From assembly GCF_006345805.1 (NCBI RefSeq), contig NC_042999.1, positions 74,834,001-74,898,000 of the forward strand: 64,000 nucleotides of DNA, given 5' to 3'. Source of the DNA: Octopus sinensis. Its lineage: Eukaryota. The notes below the pieces were generated by a model. The model searched no databases. It was not told where the DNA came from and was given only the letters and a program-made list of their open reading frames with translations. Made by a program: the position numbers and the translations under genes. Shown here piece after piece: positions 13,579-26,746 of the stretch; the stretch's first letter is position 1, and each line of letters opens with the position of its first letter.

Positions 13579-14693
13579 CTGAAAAAGCAAATATACAGCA
13601 TTCAATAACATGTAAAAATAATATAATAAAAAGGTTTGCTTTTTGATAATATAATGTGGCAGAGATTAATACAGGCATCCTCTACATTACAGCTACCTCA
13701 GGTTACAGGATTTTGCACTTCCAAAAATTGTAATGTATGACCATTAATTTTAGGATATAATCTGTAATTTTGCTCTTTCATAAGCTTAGATTGCATATTT
13801 TTAAGCTATTTTCCATTTTAAACTGCACTTTCATCTCATTTCAATGGGTACTTGCATTTTAGTGAAGATCAAAGTATTTGCTAATGGGATTTGAAAAACT
13901 GTCATCACATTACACACATATTCACATATATTTATAATGTACATAATCATAAAGTGAGCATGTATGTATGTATGTATGTATGTATGTATGTATGTATGTA
14001 TGTATGTATGTATGTATTATGTATGTATTTATTTATGTTTGCATGTATGTTTGTATGTATCTATGTATTTATATAATTTACGTATGTATGTATGTATGTA
14101 TGTATGTATGTATGCATGTATGTATGTATACACACACACACACACATATATATATATGTGCGTGAATATATATATATATATGAATGTGTACGTTTGTATG
14201 CATGCATGTGTGTTTCTGTCATTAACGCCAACACAATCATCAACAGCAACAGTAATATGGTATGAAGAAGACAAGCATATAAATGTGTTGTATAATGTAT
14301 TTTAAAAATTGAATGAAATGTCTTTGAGTTTAGGTCTATGAAGATTGACTTGAGAGTAAGCAGACACAACAAAAAAATTAGCTGGAACAATATGATCCCC
14401 ACACCACCAACAATACCAGCTCGCGGTCACTTAACATCTAAACAAATACCACTTACATCATCACCACTATCAATCCATCAACATTTAAATCCAACTGGTC
14501 ACAACAGATATCAGCATGTAGGCTAACATATGCGTGTGTGTGTGTGTGTGTGTTTAATTCTTAAGTCAGAAGTACAAATTGCATGTAAAATCTGGGGACG
14601 CTTCAGCTGATTGTAAATCATATAGTACTTTCACTCAGCCATTCACTTTTTTTTATCTCATTTTCATTCTTTACATCCATAGGAATAAGAAGA

Positions 14694-14725
<32 letters not shown>

Positions 14726-14879
14726 CGATGACGACGACGACGGGAATAAGACAATTTTCCCCTCTGACAAAACAGATCTTTACTGGGCCAATTTTTTACT
14801 ATATGTTTATTGCGGAAAATTAATTGCTGCTGCTGTTGGATTTACCTGGAAAGAAACTATCAAGTAGAACTTGCACAGT

Positions 14880-16010
14880 AGTATAAGGAAAAACTGTAAA
14901 TGGATTACATTTGATATTAAACTTGATGTTTTAAAAACACTTGATGCAGGAGAAAAACTAAGTTATATTACCTAAACACTAAATCTCTAAATGTCTAAAG
15001 TGAGAACAATATGTGACCACAGAGAGAAAATTACAAGTAGTCAAGAAGCTTACTAAGTCAGGTCGTTAAGTTGTCAAGAAGTCCAGACTTTATTTTTTCA
15101 TAGATCTAATATAATGCTTACAATGGTATGATGTTTGGAATGAAGCTTGAGTATACGGATCAAGGATCAAAATTGGTGTAATCTGGTAATACTCTCACAT
15201 ATGCACACAAAACAACCCCCAAACTGCAAATCCCTTTTTGGTTAGTAAAGGCTGGTTTGAAAGGTTTAAGAAGCACATGAAACTGCATGCACCAATATAG
15301 AGGTTGCTACTAATTATTCCAAGCAGTTGACAAAAATGACTACTGAAGTGAGCTACACACCAGAGCAAGTATATAATTATGAAACTGCACTTCTTTGGAT
15401 GTTCATATACTACTACAACCTATATTTCTCAAGAGGGAAAATCAACACCAGGATTTAAAGCTTCCAAAGAATCATCTGACATACCTTTTGGTAGGAAATG
15501 CAGCTGGTTGTATAAAATTAAAGCCTGTACTTGTATATCACTCCAAAAATCCAAGGGCTTTCAAGGGTTACAGAAAGTTTGATCTACACTACCGTCAGAA
15601 ATTAATTAGCACCCTTGATTTGCTCTTCACTCAAGGTATGTGCTGTCACCTAGTGGCCATATCTCGAACTATTGCTTTGTTGCGAGTTCACTGTTGCGCA
15701 GAACGATGACGTAACTTTGTTTGCAGAGCAGTTTGAGAGTCTACAGCCTTATGATGTTGACATAGCAGTGCAACAACAACTTGGAGTGCGGATGCAGACA
15801 AATCTCCCTTTGTTTAATAGATATAGGTAGCGCCTCGCAAGGACCGAAATCACCATACTAAGTTTTCTCATCGCGTAAGACGTTTTGAACAGCTCATAGG
15901 TTAATTAATTTAACCTATTTAATGTAGAAATTTGAGAAGTGCTAATTAATTTCTGACGCAAGTGTACCTCTGATTTGGCATCCGAATAAGAAGGCATGAC
16001 TATAAATATT
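14880..16010 (+). mobile_element. Tigger/pogo transposase remnant interrupted by a MITE
   Basis: KWITFDIKLDVL (CENP-B-like HTH) and GNAAGCIKLKPVLVYHSKNPRAFKG; the frame resumes after the MITE as DLPLIWHPNKKA. Confidence 0.75.
15587..15964. mobile_element. Tc1/mariner-type MITE, 378 bp
   Basis: TIRs CACTACCGTCAGAAATTAATTAGCAC / GTGCTAATTAATTTCTGACGCAAGTG, TA duplication at 15585 and 15965. Confidence 0.85.
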
Positions 16011-16014
16011 GTCT

Positions 16015-16300
16015 TTCATTCTCCAAAGGAGAGTCTCTTTGTTACCAACAAAGTTAGTAGCTCTCTGAATTTTGCCCAGCTTATTCTTATTCTAGCAACT
16101 ATGCTTTCAGAGCTTCTTCCTCCAATGCTAACTTGGTCACCAAGGTAATGAAAGCTATCTACTACTTCTAAGGATCCCCCGAGTATTTGAGGAAGTCTGT
16201 TATACCACACACATATACCACACACAAAGACAACTCTCTCAGTTAACCTCCCTATGATATTGCTGCACCTCTTTTGTGTCCAAAGCTTGCACATATAATA
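16015..16300 (-). mobile_element. RTE LINE internal fragment (finger insert + YLGD motif)
   Basis: ORF 16016..16294 CKLWTQKRC...CGIC...VDSFHYLGD, homologous to about 21630-21910. Confidence 0.8.
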
Positions 16301-17053
16301 TTATCAGCAAACTTCATATGACTTTAATTCCAATTGTTTCCTACATGTAAAGATGGTGAAAAATGACTGGGTTTCAGAAATATAAACTAATAATCTAATG
16401 TTAAATAACTTTAAAATTTAATTATTAATCAGTAACAGAAATGGGATATCAAGAGTTCTAGTATTTCCCCTCCTCCTCCTTCTCCTTCTCCTCTTTCTCC
16501 TACTATTACAAGGGGGTTCTAGAAAAGCTACAGTAGAGCTCTTCATACAAAATAATTATACAAAGGAGAAAAGTTTACTTTAGCATTTGTTTTGATTTTG
16601 CACAAAACAAAATAGTTTTGCTATTTGCCATCCTTTTTAATGAGTCATTCTTTCATTGTTTAGTCTCAGATCAAGTCTGATCTAATACATCTATGGTCAA
16701 AGGCATTTGTAGCCATGACCAATCCATCTTTTTTTTTTTCAGACAGAGTAGGTAAAACTATATTCAATATGTCTGTATTTATTAAACCTAATTCTTAAGT
16801 ATTTAACATAATAACAGAAGTAACCTTCAGAGCAGAAGAACAGTATTAAGAGCAATGGACTTAAGTGGTAAAATAAAGATTCCAGGTTCAATCCTCAAAG
16901 ATCATTGGAAAGAATACTAATTAAAATTTGGGGTCAAAAACTCCAAGAAAAGCAGAACAACAGCACAAAACACAGATTTTTTTTCTTACTCTATGATTGT
17001 TTTATCAAAGAAATTTTATTAAAAGAAATATCAAAGAAACTGAGATTAATTAC

Positions 17054-17206
17054 CTTTATAACTTTCAGTCGTGTGATCACTTTTGGGTACTGATTGTGCT
17101 GACAGTCCTGAGGATGCTTGAGGAGAAACACGTATCCATTTATAATTTGTACCTTCAATAATCATTCCACAAATGTCATTGTCAAATGGGCAAAATGCTT
17201 TAGTTG
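17054..17206 (-). CDS. Coding exon 4, MAM domain 1 N-terminus (FCPFDNDICG...W...SDHTT)
   Basis: CAG acceptor, GTAATT donor, 153 bp, phase 1-1; MAM CxFxxxxC and DHT motifs. Confidence 0.9.
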
Positions 17207-18143
17207 CTGGAACATGAAATTGAAAATAATGTAGTTTCAATGAATTTTATGAACAAATACATGAAATTATCTAATTCATCTAGTAAATGGTTTTGTTAGT
17301 TAATTGAAGGAGGTGGTCAAAGAAATTAGCAACTATATTATACTGGTACTAAAATCCAGCATATACTGATAAGATAATAAATTGTTTGTTAATTTCATAG
17401 GAATTATTAGAAGATAAAAACAGTAACAATAATTAATATTATCTAAACACATAACTAGCAACTGATAAATACAAATTTTCCTTAGTTACATAATATATTA
17501 TTATTTCCATCTTCAACTTGTATTAACATATCAATAAGGTGATAAATGTTATTGATAATAGAGATAGTGAAATTTTCATGCTTGTAGGTATTTGATTTTG
17601 GCCTTAATGCTAACAACCAGACATTTCCAAAAATAGTAATACACTGGTTTTTCAGTAGTATACATCTAACAAATCCTCTCAGTACTGTGCCATGGTTAAA
17701 AGAGATCAGTTTAATACACTATATAGTTCTTGGGTCCCTTCAGTGCAGCTCATTTTGTTACAAGCATTCACACTCCCTGCTTTCTTTCCACCAACATTAC
17801 TGACATACTGATTTCAGGGTGAGAATTGGCCAAATCAATCTCATCAGACTGTGTAGGCCTGCGAAAACCACAACTGCCTCCCTTCAACCTGATTATGTTT
17901 TATAACAGAAAACAGTTATTGGAAATAGGTCTAACAACTTTAAGTATAAACATCATTGAGTATGTTGGCTTACTGTGTCTAATTCAATTACTCAAGTAAT
18001 AAACGCTAAATGTAATAGGACAGTACCCTGCTTACTCCCAAGGGGAATCAACCACATAGTTTCCTGTGATTTGCAAAGAATATAAGGATTATTTGATAGA
18101 TAACACACATTGATATCTTAGTGAAATAAATATTTGTACTCAC

Positions 18144-18301
18144 AGTTATTCTGGCATTGAACATGAAGCTTGCTATATGAACAGCCATAAGAAGAAAAAT
18201 AAAAATCAGTGCAAGCTGATAGTGAGTTTTCATCACCTCTGCATGCTAAATTTCTGAATGTGCCTGGTAAATATGCACTACTTGAATAATAAAAGGAAAA
18301 T
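18144..18301 (-). CDS. Coding exon 3, SRCR domain C-half (...NLACRGDENSLSACTDFYFSSYGCSYSKLHVQCQNN)
   Basis: TTTTCAG acceptor (alternative in-frame AAG acceptor gives start 18280), GTGAGT donor, phase 2 to 1; CxGxExxLxxC...C...VxC motif; six Cys over the whole domain (group A SRCR). Confidence 0.85.
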
Positions 18302-18610
18302 CTGAAAATAAAATACAAAAAGAGAATATTTCATTCAGTTTTCTCTACATGTCAGTGTAATATTATAATGCATTCCTTTGCTGTAGTTTCCACGATGATG
18401 CATTACCAAGCATTGGTATGTGTGAGTACACACACACGCACAAACACACACACATAACAAATAGCAAGTTCACGCTGTAATTACCGACAAAGGTGGTCCT
18501 ACCCTGTATCAAAATAAATTTGTTTGAAATTTTAAGGTGTTTCCATTATTTTGTCCAACTCCTGTATCTATTATTTTATTCTAAGAGTGAAGAAATATTG
18601 TATTACTTAC

Positions 18611-18740
18611 TGCTGACCGAAACTCCGACACAGCACTTGAGATTGAACTGTAAAGTCTCCTGATACGCATATAGCTGTCCATTGATCATTGGTATAGACT
18701 TTAACTAAACCATCATTTTCTATGGCGATATCTCCATTAA
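18611..18740 (-). CDS. Coding exon 2, SRCR domain N-half (NGDIAIENDGLVKVYTNDQWTAICVSGDFTVQSQVLCRSFGQ)
   Basis: AAG acceptor after a T-rich tract, GTAAGT donor, 130 bp, phase 1 to 2; SRCR-like GxVxV...W..IC...VLCR.FG pattern. Confidence 0.85.
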
Positions 18741-19034
18741 CTTTAAAAGAAAAAAAGAATAACACACATGTATATATATTATATTATATTATATTATATT
18801 ATATTATATAGGAGAATTTGTACCATTGATAAGCATGAACATTAATTGTTAAAACTAGTTTGGTATGTAAATAAAGCTATAACAAAATTTTAGAGCAACT
18901 ACATGTTTTTATATTCAGCTGCATTTTCAAATCCTGAAACAAATTATATATATATATGTACACACACGCACACACACACATATATATAAGGAAAATAAGA
19001 CAAGGTAAAAAATACTAAAATTACTTTAGCAGGT

Positions 19035-20135
19035 TAATATATAAGGTTCTCCGAAGCACATGTGAAGTTGCTTTTCACTGTGAAACCTTGACCCTGTTTG
19101 AAAGAGAACTCTGATCTCTCAATTAGATTGGAAGCACTCTATCGGTTACGATGACGAGGGTTCCGGTTGATCCGATCAACGGAACAGCCTGCTCGTGAAA
19201 TTAACGTGTAAGTGGCTGAGCACTCCACAGACACGTGTACCCTTAACGTAGTTCTCGGGGATATTCAGCATGACACAAAGAGTGACAAGGCTGGCCCTTT
19301 GAAATACAGGTACAACAAGAACAGGAAGTAAGAGTGAGAGAAAGTTGTGGTGAAAGAGTACAGCAGGAATCACCACCATCCCTGCCAGAGTCTCGTGGAG
19401 CTTTAGGTGTTTTTGCTCAATAAACACTCACAACACCCGGTCTGGGAATCGAAACCGCGATCCTACGACCGCGAGTCCGCTGCCCTAACCACTGGGCCAT
19501 TGCGCCTCCACTTCTCAATTAGATTGACGCATATACCACAGTTAGGTCTTCTACATTTTTTTATTGTCGGCTTCAGTGTTGTTGTTGAGCATATTCAGGT
19601 TTGTGTTAGGAGACTTTTCATAGATTTGGGCTGTCTTTTGCATTTTTTGATGGTGTTCATTTGGAGAATTAAATTCATTTTGTGGTCCGTTTTTAGTAGG
19701 GGAATATTTTGGAGGATGGTGTTGAAGGCTTCATTGTTAAGAGGATTGTGTGTGGAGATATATTGCAGGGCTTTTGGTTGTAAATCCTTCTTTAATTTGT
19801 GATGTCTGAGTTTGTGGATGTTAAGGTACATTGAAAGCATATGTCAATTGGTAATGGTGGATAGTTCCTGGTGATGAGTGTATCCTTTAGTTCGTGTAGT
19901 CATGTGTCCCTGGTGCTTGTATTAGAAACTTTAGTACAAATCCTTTTTGCTAGGTTGAAAGGGATATTCATTCTAGTGTGTCTGGGATGGCATGAGTTGA
20001 ATGGTAGATATTGTTTGGGGTCTGTGGGCTTATAGTTTATACCTGTTTCTATTTTGTTGTTAAATTTCTTAATGAGGATGTCAAGGAAAGGAAGTTGTTG
20101 ATGTCTATATTCCATTCTGAATTGAATGCTTATGT
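19035..20135 (-). mobile_element. Penelope-like element fragment (RT thumb, linker, start of GIY-YIG), split by a SINE
   Basis: LPFLDILI..KPTDPKQYLPFNSCHP, then KCRRPNCGIC; after removing the SINE it continues FTVKSNFTCASENLIY. Confidence 0.85.
19131..19511 (-). mobile_element. Full-length family A SINE with 14-bp target-site duplication
   Basis: TCTCAATTAGATTG at 19117-19130 and 19513-19526; near-identical to 25820-26206. Confidence 0.9.
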
Positions 20136-20236
20136 ATATGTATATATATATATATATATGTCTACTGATAAAGTTTTTAATGATTTTATCCATTATTATA
20201 TTTGAATTTACCTAGTTATTCTTTTCATTATTATAT

Positions 20237-20350
<114 letters not shown>

Positions 20351-20368
20351 GTGTGTGTGTGTGTGTGC

Positions 20369-20418
<50 letters not shown>

Positions 20419-20475
20419 GTGCGTGTGTGTGTAAATATAAATTTGCAGTCCTGCAAATTATATTCATCTAGACGG

Positions 20476-20547
20476 TCGCACTGATGATCTACGGACATTT
20501 ATGTAAGTAAAATTACGTAATATGTTAATAGCGAAACATGTATGCAA
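20476..20547 (+). ncRNA. Minimal type I hammerhead ribozyme motif (solo, slightly degenerate)
   Basis: GCA-CTGATGA-TCTA...TAGC-GAAAC-AT-GTA-TGC; palindromic ACATGT stem III; extended stem II (ACAT/ATGT, TTATGTAA/TTACGTAA); closing pair of stem II is a U.C mismatch. Confidence 0.65.
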
Positions 20548-20671
20548 ATAATCCATATTTTTATTGCTTTTTCTGTTGTCTTGCTCGATTAGGTTTTGGT
20601 TGTTTTGCTAAATTTTTCTTGAGAACATTTTTTTTGGTAAGATCATAGAGGATCTATTTTTAGCATAAAGG

Positions 20672-20713
<42 letters not shown>

Positions 20714-20716
<3 letters not shown>

Positions 20717-21120
20717 CGCAGGAGTGGCTGTGTGGTAAGTAGCTTGCTAACCAACCGCATGGTTCCGGGTTCAGTCCCACTGCATGGCATCTTGGGCAAG
20801 TGTCTTCTGCTATAGCCCCGGGCCGACCAATGCCTTGTGAGTGGATTTGGTAGACGAAAATGAAAGAAGCCTGTCATATATATGTATATATATGTATATG
20901 TATGTGTGTGTGTTTGTGTGTCTGTGTTTGTCCCCCTAGCATTGCTTGACAACCGATGCTGGTGTGTTTACGTCCCCGTCACTTAGCGGTTCAGCAAAAG
21001 GAACCGATAGAATAAGTACTGGGCTTACAAAGAATAAGTCCCGGGGGTCGATGTGCTCGACTAAAAAGGCGGTGCTCCAGCAGGGTCACAGTCAAATGAC
21101 TGAAAAAAATAAAAGAGTAA
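20714..21120 (+). mobile_element. tRNA-derived SINE (family B, GGCGCAGGAGTGGCTGTGTGGTAAG)
   Basis: A/B boxes, TTGGGCAAGTGTCTT core, internal (TG)n; relatives on minus at 30770-31015, 32100-32420 and 39720-40110. Confidence 0.75.
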
Positions 21121-21139
21121 AAGAGTATATAAGATAAAC

Positions 21140-22745
21140 CTCTGTACCTGGCTTTTGTTGAAATGGAGAAAGCCTTTGACAGGCTCCCCCCATCCCTTAT
21201 CTGGTAGTCAATGAGGAAACTAGGGATAGATGGATGGTTAGTGAGAGCTGTGCAAGCCATGTACAGGGATACTGTCAGTAAGGGTTGGCAATGAGTACAG
21301 TGAAGAATTCCAAGTAGCGGTAGGGGTCCACCAAGGTTCAGTCCTCAGCCCTCTCCTATTTATCATAGTCCTCCAGAGGAATTCAAGACAGGATGGCCCT
21401 GGGAGCTCCTCTATGCTGACGACCTTGCTCTAATTGCTGAGTCACTTTCAGAATTAGAGTAGAAGTTTCAGGTGTAGAAACATGGATTAGAACTGAAGGG
21501 CCTTAGAGTCAACCTAGCTAAAACCAAACTCCTACTAAAAAGGAAGGTAGGCAAACCACAAATCTCTTCAGGTAGATGGCCCTGCTCAATCTGTAAAAAA
21601 AGGCGTAGGTAGAAACTCTATAAGATGTACCCAGTGTAAGCTATAGACACATAAGAGGTGCAGCAACATCAAAGGAAAGCAAACTGGGAAGCTAGTTTTT
21701 GTATGTGGCAGATGCTCAGGAGCAGTAAACAATGAAAATGTGCAGAGAAGATCTTCCATCACATTCCAGGGAGAAAAACTAGAAGTAGTTGATAGCTTCA
21801 ATTACCTAGGTGACGAAGTCAGTAACGAGGGAGGGTGCACTGAAAGTGTAGCTGCTTGAATAAGAATAGCCTGGGCAAAGTGCAGAGAGCTCTTACCTCT
21901 GTTGGTGACAAAGGGCCTCTCGCTCAGAGTAAAAGGTAGACTGTATGACGCGTGTGTACGAACAGCCATGCTACATGGCAGTGAAACTTGGGCCGTGTCT
22001 GCTGAGGACATGTGTAAGCTCAAAAGGAATGAAGCCAGTATGCTCCGATGGATGTGTAATGTCAGTGTGCATACTCGACAGAGTGTAAGTACCTTGAGAG
22101 AAAAGTTGGATCTAAGAAGCATTAGATGTGGTGTGCAAGAGAGACGACTGCACTGGTATGGTGATGTGGTGAGAATGGATGAGAATAGCTGTGTGAAAAA
22201 ATGCCACACCCTAGTGGTTGAGGGAACCTGTAGAAGAGGTAGACCCAAGAAGACCTAGGATGAAGTGGTGAGGCACGACCTTCGAGTATTAGGCCTCACC
22301 GAGGCAATGACTAGTGACCGAGACCTATGGAAATATGTTGTGCTTGAGAAGACCTGGCAAGCCAAGTGAGACCATAATCTCGTGGCCTCTGCCAGGGGTG
22401 TAACCAGCCCACTTATGTGCACCTTTCCTTCATTGGACACTAAACTGCTTGCGAAGACCTGTTGAGGCAAGTGAAATCGAATTCGATGACTGGCATCTGT
22501 GCTAGTCGAGCGCTAAGAGCACCATCCGAGCATGATCGTTGCCAGAGCAGCTAACTGGCTTCCGTGCCGGTGGCATGTAAAAGCACCCACTACACTCTCA
22601 GAGTGGTTGGTGTTAGGAAGGGCATCCAGCTGTAGGAACTCTGCCAGATCAGATTGGAGTCTGGTGCAGCCATCTGGTTCACTAGTCCTCAGTCAAATCG
22701 TCCAACCCATGCTAGCATGGAAAGCGGACGTTAAACGATGATGAT
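21140..22745 (+). mobile_element. 5'-truncated RTE LINE with intact 3' end and (GAT)n tail
   Basis: EKAFD, GVHQGSVLSP, LYADDL (about 21410), VNLAKTK, C4HC3 finger, YLGD, RRLHWYG; multiple stops. Confidence 0.9.
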
Positions 22746-22765
22746 GATGGTGATGATGATGATGA

Positions 22766-22818
<53 letters not shown>

Positions 22819-22822
22819 TATA

Positions 22823-23015
22823 TACTAGCATTATGACCCGTCGTTGCCGAGTCATAGTGCTAGTGCATGTATAAATGTGTATATATACGTGTACATATTA
22901 CATATACATCTATATATATACATCTACACATAAAATACAAAATACAAAGTATTGTGTAGTTCTCAAGTTTTAGGGAAACATACAGACAGACACTCATTCT
23001 CAGTCATATATATAT
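22823..23015 (-). mobile_element. Short non-autonomous Helitron-like element
   Basis: Minus strand ends in hairpin (GACTCGG...CGGGTC) + CTAG; ACAGACAGACA motif near the other end. Confidence 0.5.
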
Positions 23016-23019
23016 ATAT

Positions 23020-24590
23020 ACTAAGAGTAAAACCCATCGTTGATTGGGTAATTACTTGTACTGTTTATCAGGAGCCACATTGAAAGAATTATCAGATGTA
23101 TAATTTATTCCTCCCATATGTGTGTATTTCATAAGAGAAAACCATGTAATAATTGAAGTAGAAGAAAGATCAATATCATACATGAACTTGTGTTTACTTA
23201 TGATATGACAGTAATAAGTGATTTGTATGTGTTATTTTATTTATCTATACAGTAATGGCAATGATATAATATGTTTGTAAGAGAAAAACATGTAATAAAG
23301 TAGAAAAAAGATAACTTTTATACGTGAAGTTCTGTTTGTTTATTACACGATAATAATAAGTGAGATGTATGTGTTATTTTATTTATCAATACAGTAAAGA
23401 CAATCTTATAATACAGTTCATTGAAATAGGTAATTTACTCATTCTTGAATGTAATGATAGTAATGGTAAATGAAGTTATTGAAGTATTCATGTTGCATTA
23501 AGAATGAATATTTCTTTATGAATAATGGTTTTTCTATTATTTTGGGGTACATAAGCCTTTACTTCAAACAAATAGAATGTTTGGACCAATGAAGTTTGTG
23601 CACAATTAATCGTGTACCATTGCATAATTTTGGTTGAGATATAATGTGTAATAGCATAATAGGAGTTCCTTTTTTCAACTGAAGTCAATGAGAAGCTGTA
23701 CCTGGTAATTCTAGTGAGTTTAAGAATTCGATGGGGGCAGTTGACGCTATCCTGATCATCAACAACACTATCAACTGAGTTATAAGTGAAGACTTCTGGA
23801 AGTTTATTCAATAGCCTACTATTAATGGTATGTAGAGGAATATTTTTTGGAGTCATGATAGCTTTGTCACTTATGTAATCTGTATTGTTGTAATTATGAA
23901 GATTAGGAAAGGTTTCATACATCAAATCATTGGTAGAATGTGTTGAATTACATATTGCATTGAGTGTAAGAAACTGTTCTTCATCAATTGGAACCCTCCC
24001 TTCAATGAGTTCCAAAAGCTGCTCTGCAAATAGCTCAACTGATTGATGTCTTGAAAGCCTCGATCTCATATCTGTTGCAAGTTGAAGTGTTTTCACATGA
24101 TGCCATAATACAGAAAACTTTATTGAAACATTGAGCTCATCCACTTTTGTTCCTCTTGGAACATCGGTCATATTTGTTGGAAGTCTCCTGACAATAATAC
24201 TGCGACATTTCACATGGAATAGCGATTTTTAATGTCTCGTAATTTTCTGTCAACGGCTTCAAAAGCTTCTTTGTGGGTCATGGTACATTCATCCCAAACA
24301 ATTAAGTGACATCTCTGTATTAGTTCACCCATAACAGAATTTTTAGATATATTACAAACTGGATCTTGTTTGTTAGATAAATCTAAAAGTAACTTGAATG
24401 TTGAATAGGCAGTCTGACCTCCAGGTAGTAATATTGCTGGGATCCCAGAAGTAGCAGTAGCTAAAGCTATTTAATTTTCTGGATGAACTTTAGCCAGGAG
24501 ACATTTAATTACAAATGTTTTCCCGCTACCTCCTGGAGCATCTAAAGAATAAAGTCCTCCTGTGTTATTGTTAATACTTTCTATGTCAGT
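23020..24590 (-). mobile_element. Helitron 3' remnant with PIF1-like helicase
   Basis: IVWDECTMTHKEAFEAVDR and ORF 23488..24213 helicase motifs (AIMTPKN, YNSVDSV); terminal hairpin AACCCA/TGGGTT near 23035. Confidence 0.85.
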
Positions 24591-25263
24591 AGAATGTGTA
24601 TGACGTTGATCATGTAGAAGAGTGGGAAAGAGAGAAAAAGGGAGAAAGGAGGAAAGAAAGAAAGAGAAAGAAAGGGAGAAAGGAAGGGAGAGAAAGAAAG
24701 AGAGGGAAATGGACAGATAGAGAGATAGACAGGGAGATAAAAAGAGAAAGAGAGGTAGAGATACAGAAAGGAAGAAAAAGAGAAAGCAAGAGAAGGAAAT
24801 GGACAGATAGAGAGATAGACAGGGAGATAAAAAGAGAAAGCGAGGTAGAGATCAAGAAAGAGAGCGACAGCTAGACAGACAGAAAGAGAGGATACTCATA
24901 GTATTAAATAACTGAAACATGAATATATATATATATATACATGTGTGTGTGTTCTTTTATTCTTGTTTCACTATTTTGACAGGGAAATGTACCAGTTGAT
25001 ATATGTGTGTGTGTGTTTGTGTTCTTTTAGTGAGGAAAAGAGAGAGAGAGAAAGAAAGAAAGAAAAAAGGAAGGAAGAAAGAAAGAGAGGGAGAAAATAA
25101 AAGAGAGAGGAAGAAAGAGAGAGAGAGTGGGAGAAATGAAGAGAGAGAAAAAGAAAGAGAGAGAAAGAAAGAGAGGCAAAATAGACAAATTGAGAAAAAG
25201 AAAATTATACAGAATTGTACCTGGTTTGAGTTTCACTTTGCAGTACAAACAGACAGAATCTCA

Positions 25264-25296
<33 letters not shown>

Positions 25297-25300
<4 letters not shown>

Positions 25301-25680
25301 TCATCATCATCATCGTTTAACGTCCATTTTCCATGTTAGCATGGATTGGACGGTTCGACCGGGGTTTGAGAAGCCATGAGGCTGCACCAGGCTCTAGTCT
25401 GATCTTGATCTGGCAGTGTTTGTACAGCTGGATGCCCTTCCTAAAGCCAACCACTCTGTGAGTGTAGTGGGTGCTTTATACATGCCATCGGCACAGGGGC
25501 CAGAGGAGGCTGGCAAACGGCCACGATCGGTTGGTGCTTTTACGTGTCACCGACACGGACGCTAGTCAGTTGGCGCTGGCATCAGCCACGTTCGGACGGT
25601 GCTTTTTACGTGTCACTGGCATAGGTATCTTAACTACAATTTCCATTTGATTTTTATTTTGATGCTGGTGTTGACGTACT
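25297..25680 (-). mobile_element. Short element with RTE-type 3' tail
   Basis: (CAT)n-CGTTTAACGTCC...CCATGTTAGCATGG resembles the reverse complement of the RTE 3' end at 22690-22745. Confidence 0.7.
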
Positions 25681-25720
25681 TGACTCAGTACACACACACA
25701 CATATATACACATACATATA

Positions 25721-26206
<486 letters not shown>

Positions 26207-26376
26207 ATATATATATATATATATATTCATATTTTATACACACATATATATATACGTACATATATATATATCATAATGATGATAATGAAATTGTCATATA
26301 CAGTGCGCTCGGGTGCATAATTATTTATTGCGCTGACAAGACAATATATATATATATATGTAAATATATATATATG

Positions 26377-26430
<54 letters not shown>

Positions 26431-26647
26431 CAATTTAGGGTAGCAAAAAATTCAGTAAAAATTTATCGCTACCAGCGGCCTAATGGAAAAGAGAAAATAG
26501 TCAAAGACTAAATATGTATAAATATAACAATTTAGGAATGGCCTAGACAGGCCATTCGTCCACTAGAAAGAGCAGCCATAACTCCAACCGCCAAGTAGTG
26601 TAATTCGGAAATAAGGTGAAAATTTAAAAACATTTACCCTAATTCAT

Positions 26648-26746
26648 CTTTTATACGATGCATCGTTTCAGTGTCTTTAATGATAGACCAGCTTAATTAA
26701 ATTAAATTAAGCTAGTCTACCATAGGTCACACTTCATCAGTAAAAG
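26648..26746 (-). ncRNA. Type I hammerhead ribozyme, array copy 1
   Basis: Minus strand reads CUUUUA-CUGAUGA-AGUGU...ACACU-GAAAC-GAUGCAUC-GUA-UAAAAG; stems I, II and III all pair and the core is intact. Confidence 0.85.

Noticed and set aside
17104-17138. CTGAGGA...GAAAC-AC-GTA hammerhead-like core on the plus strand
   Set aside because: Stems I and II do not pair and it is the antisense of a MAM-coding exon; chance match.
17801-17855. Minus-strand CTGATGA...GAAATCAGTA
   Set aside because: No pairing next to the core in stem I and no convincing stem II.
23488-24213. Longest ORF (241 aa) as a host PIF1 helicase gene
   Set aside because: Frameshifted, intronless and followed by a Helitron-type terminus; a transposon remnant.
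24596-25230. Lys/Arg/Glu-rich ORFs and a 90-bp-period direct repeat
   Set aside because: Purine-rich low-complexity tract with local slippage duplication.
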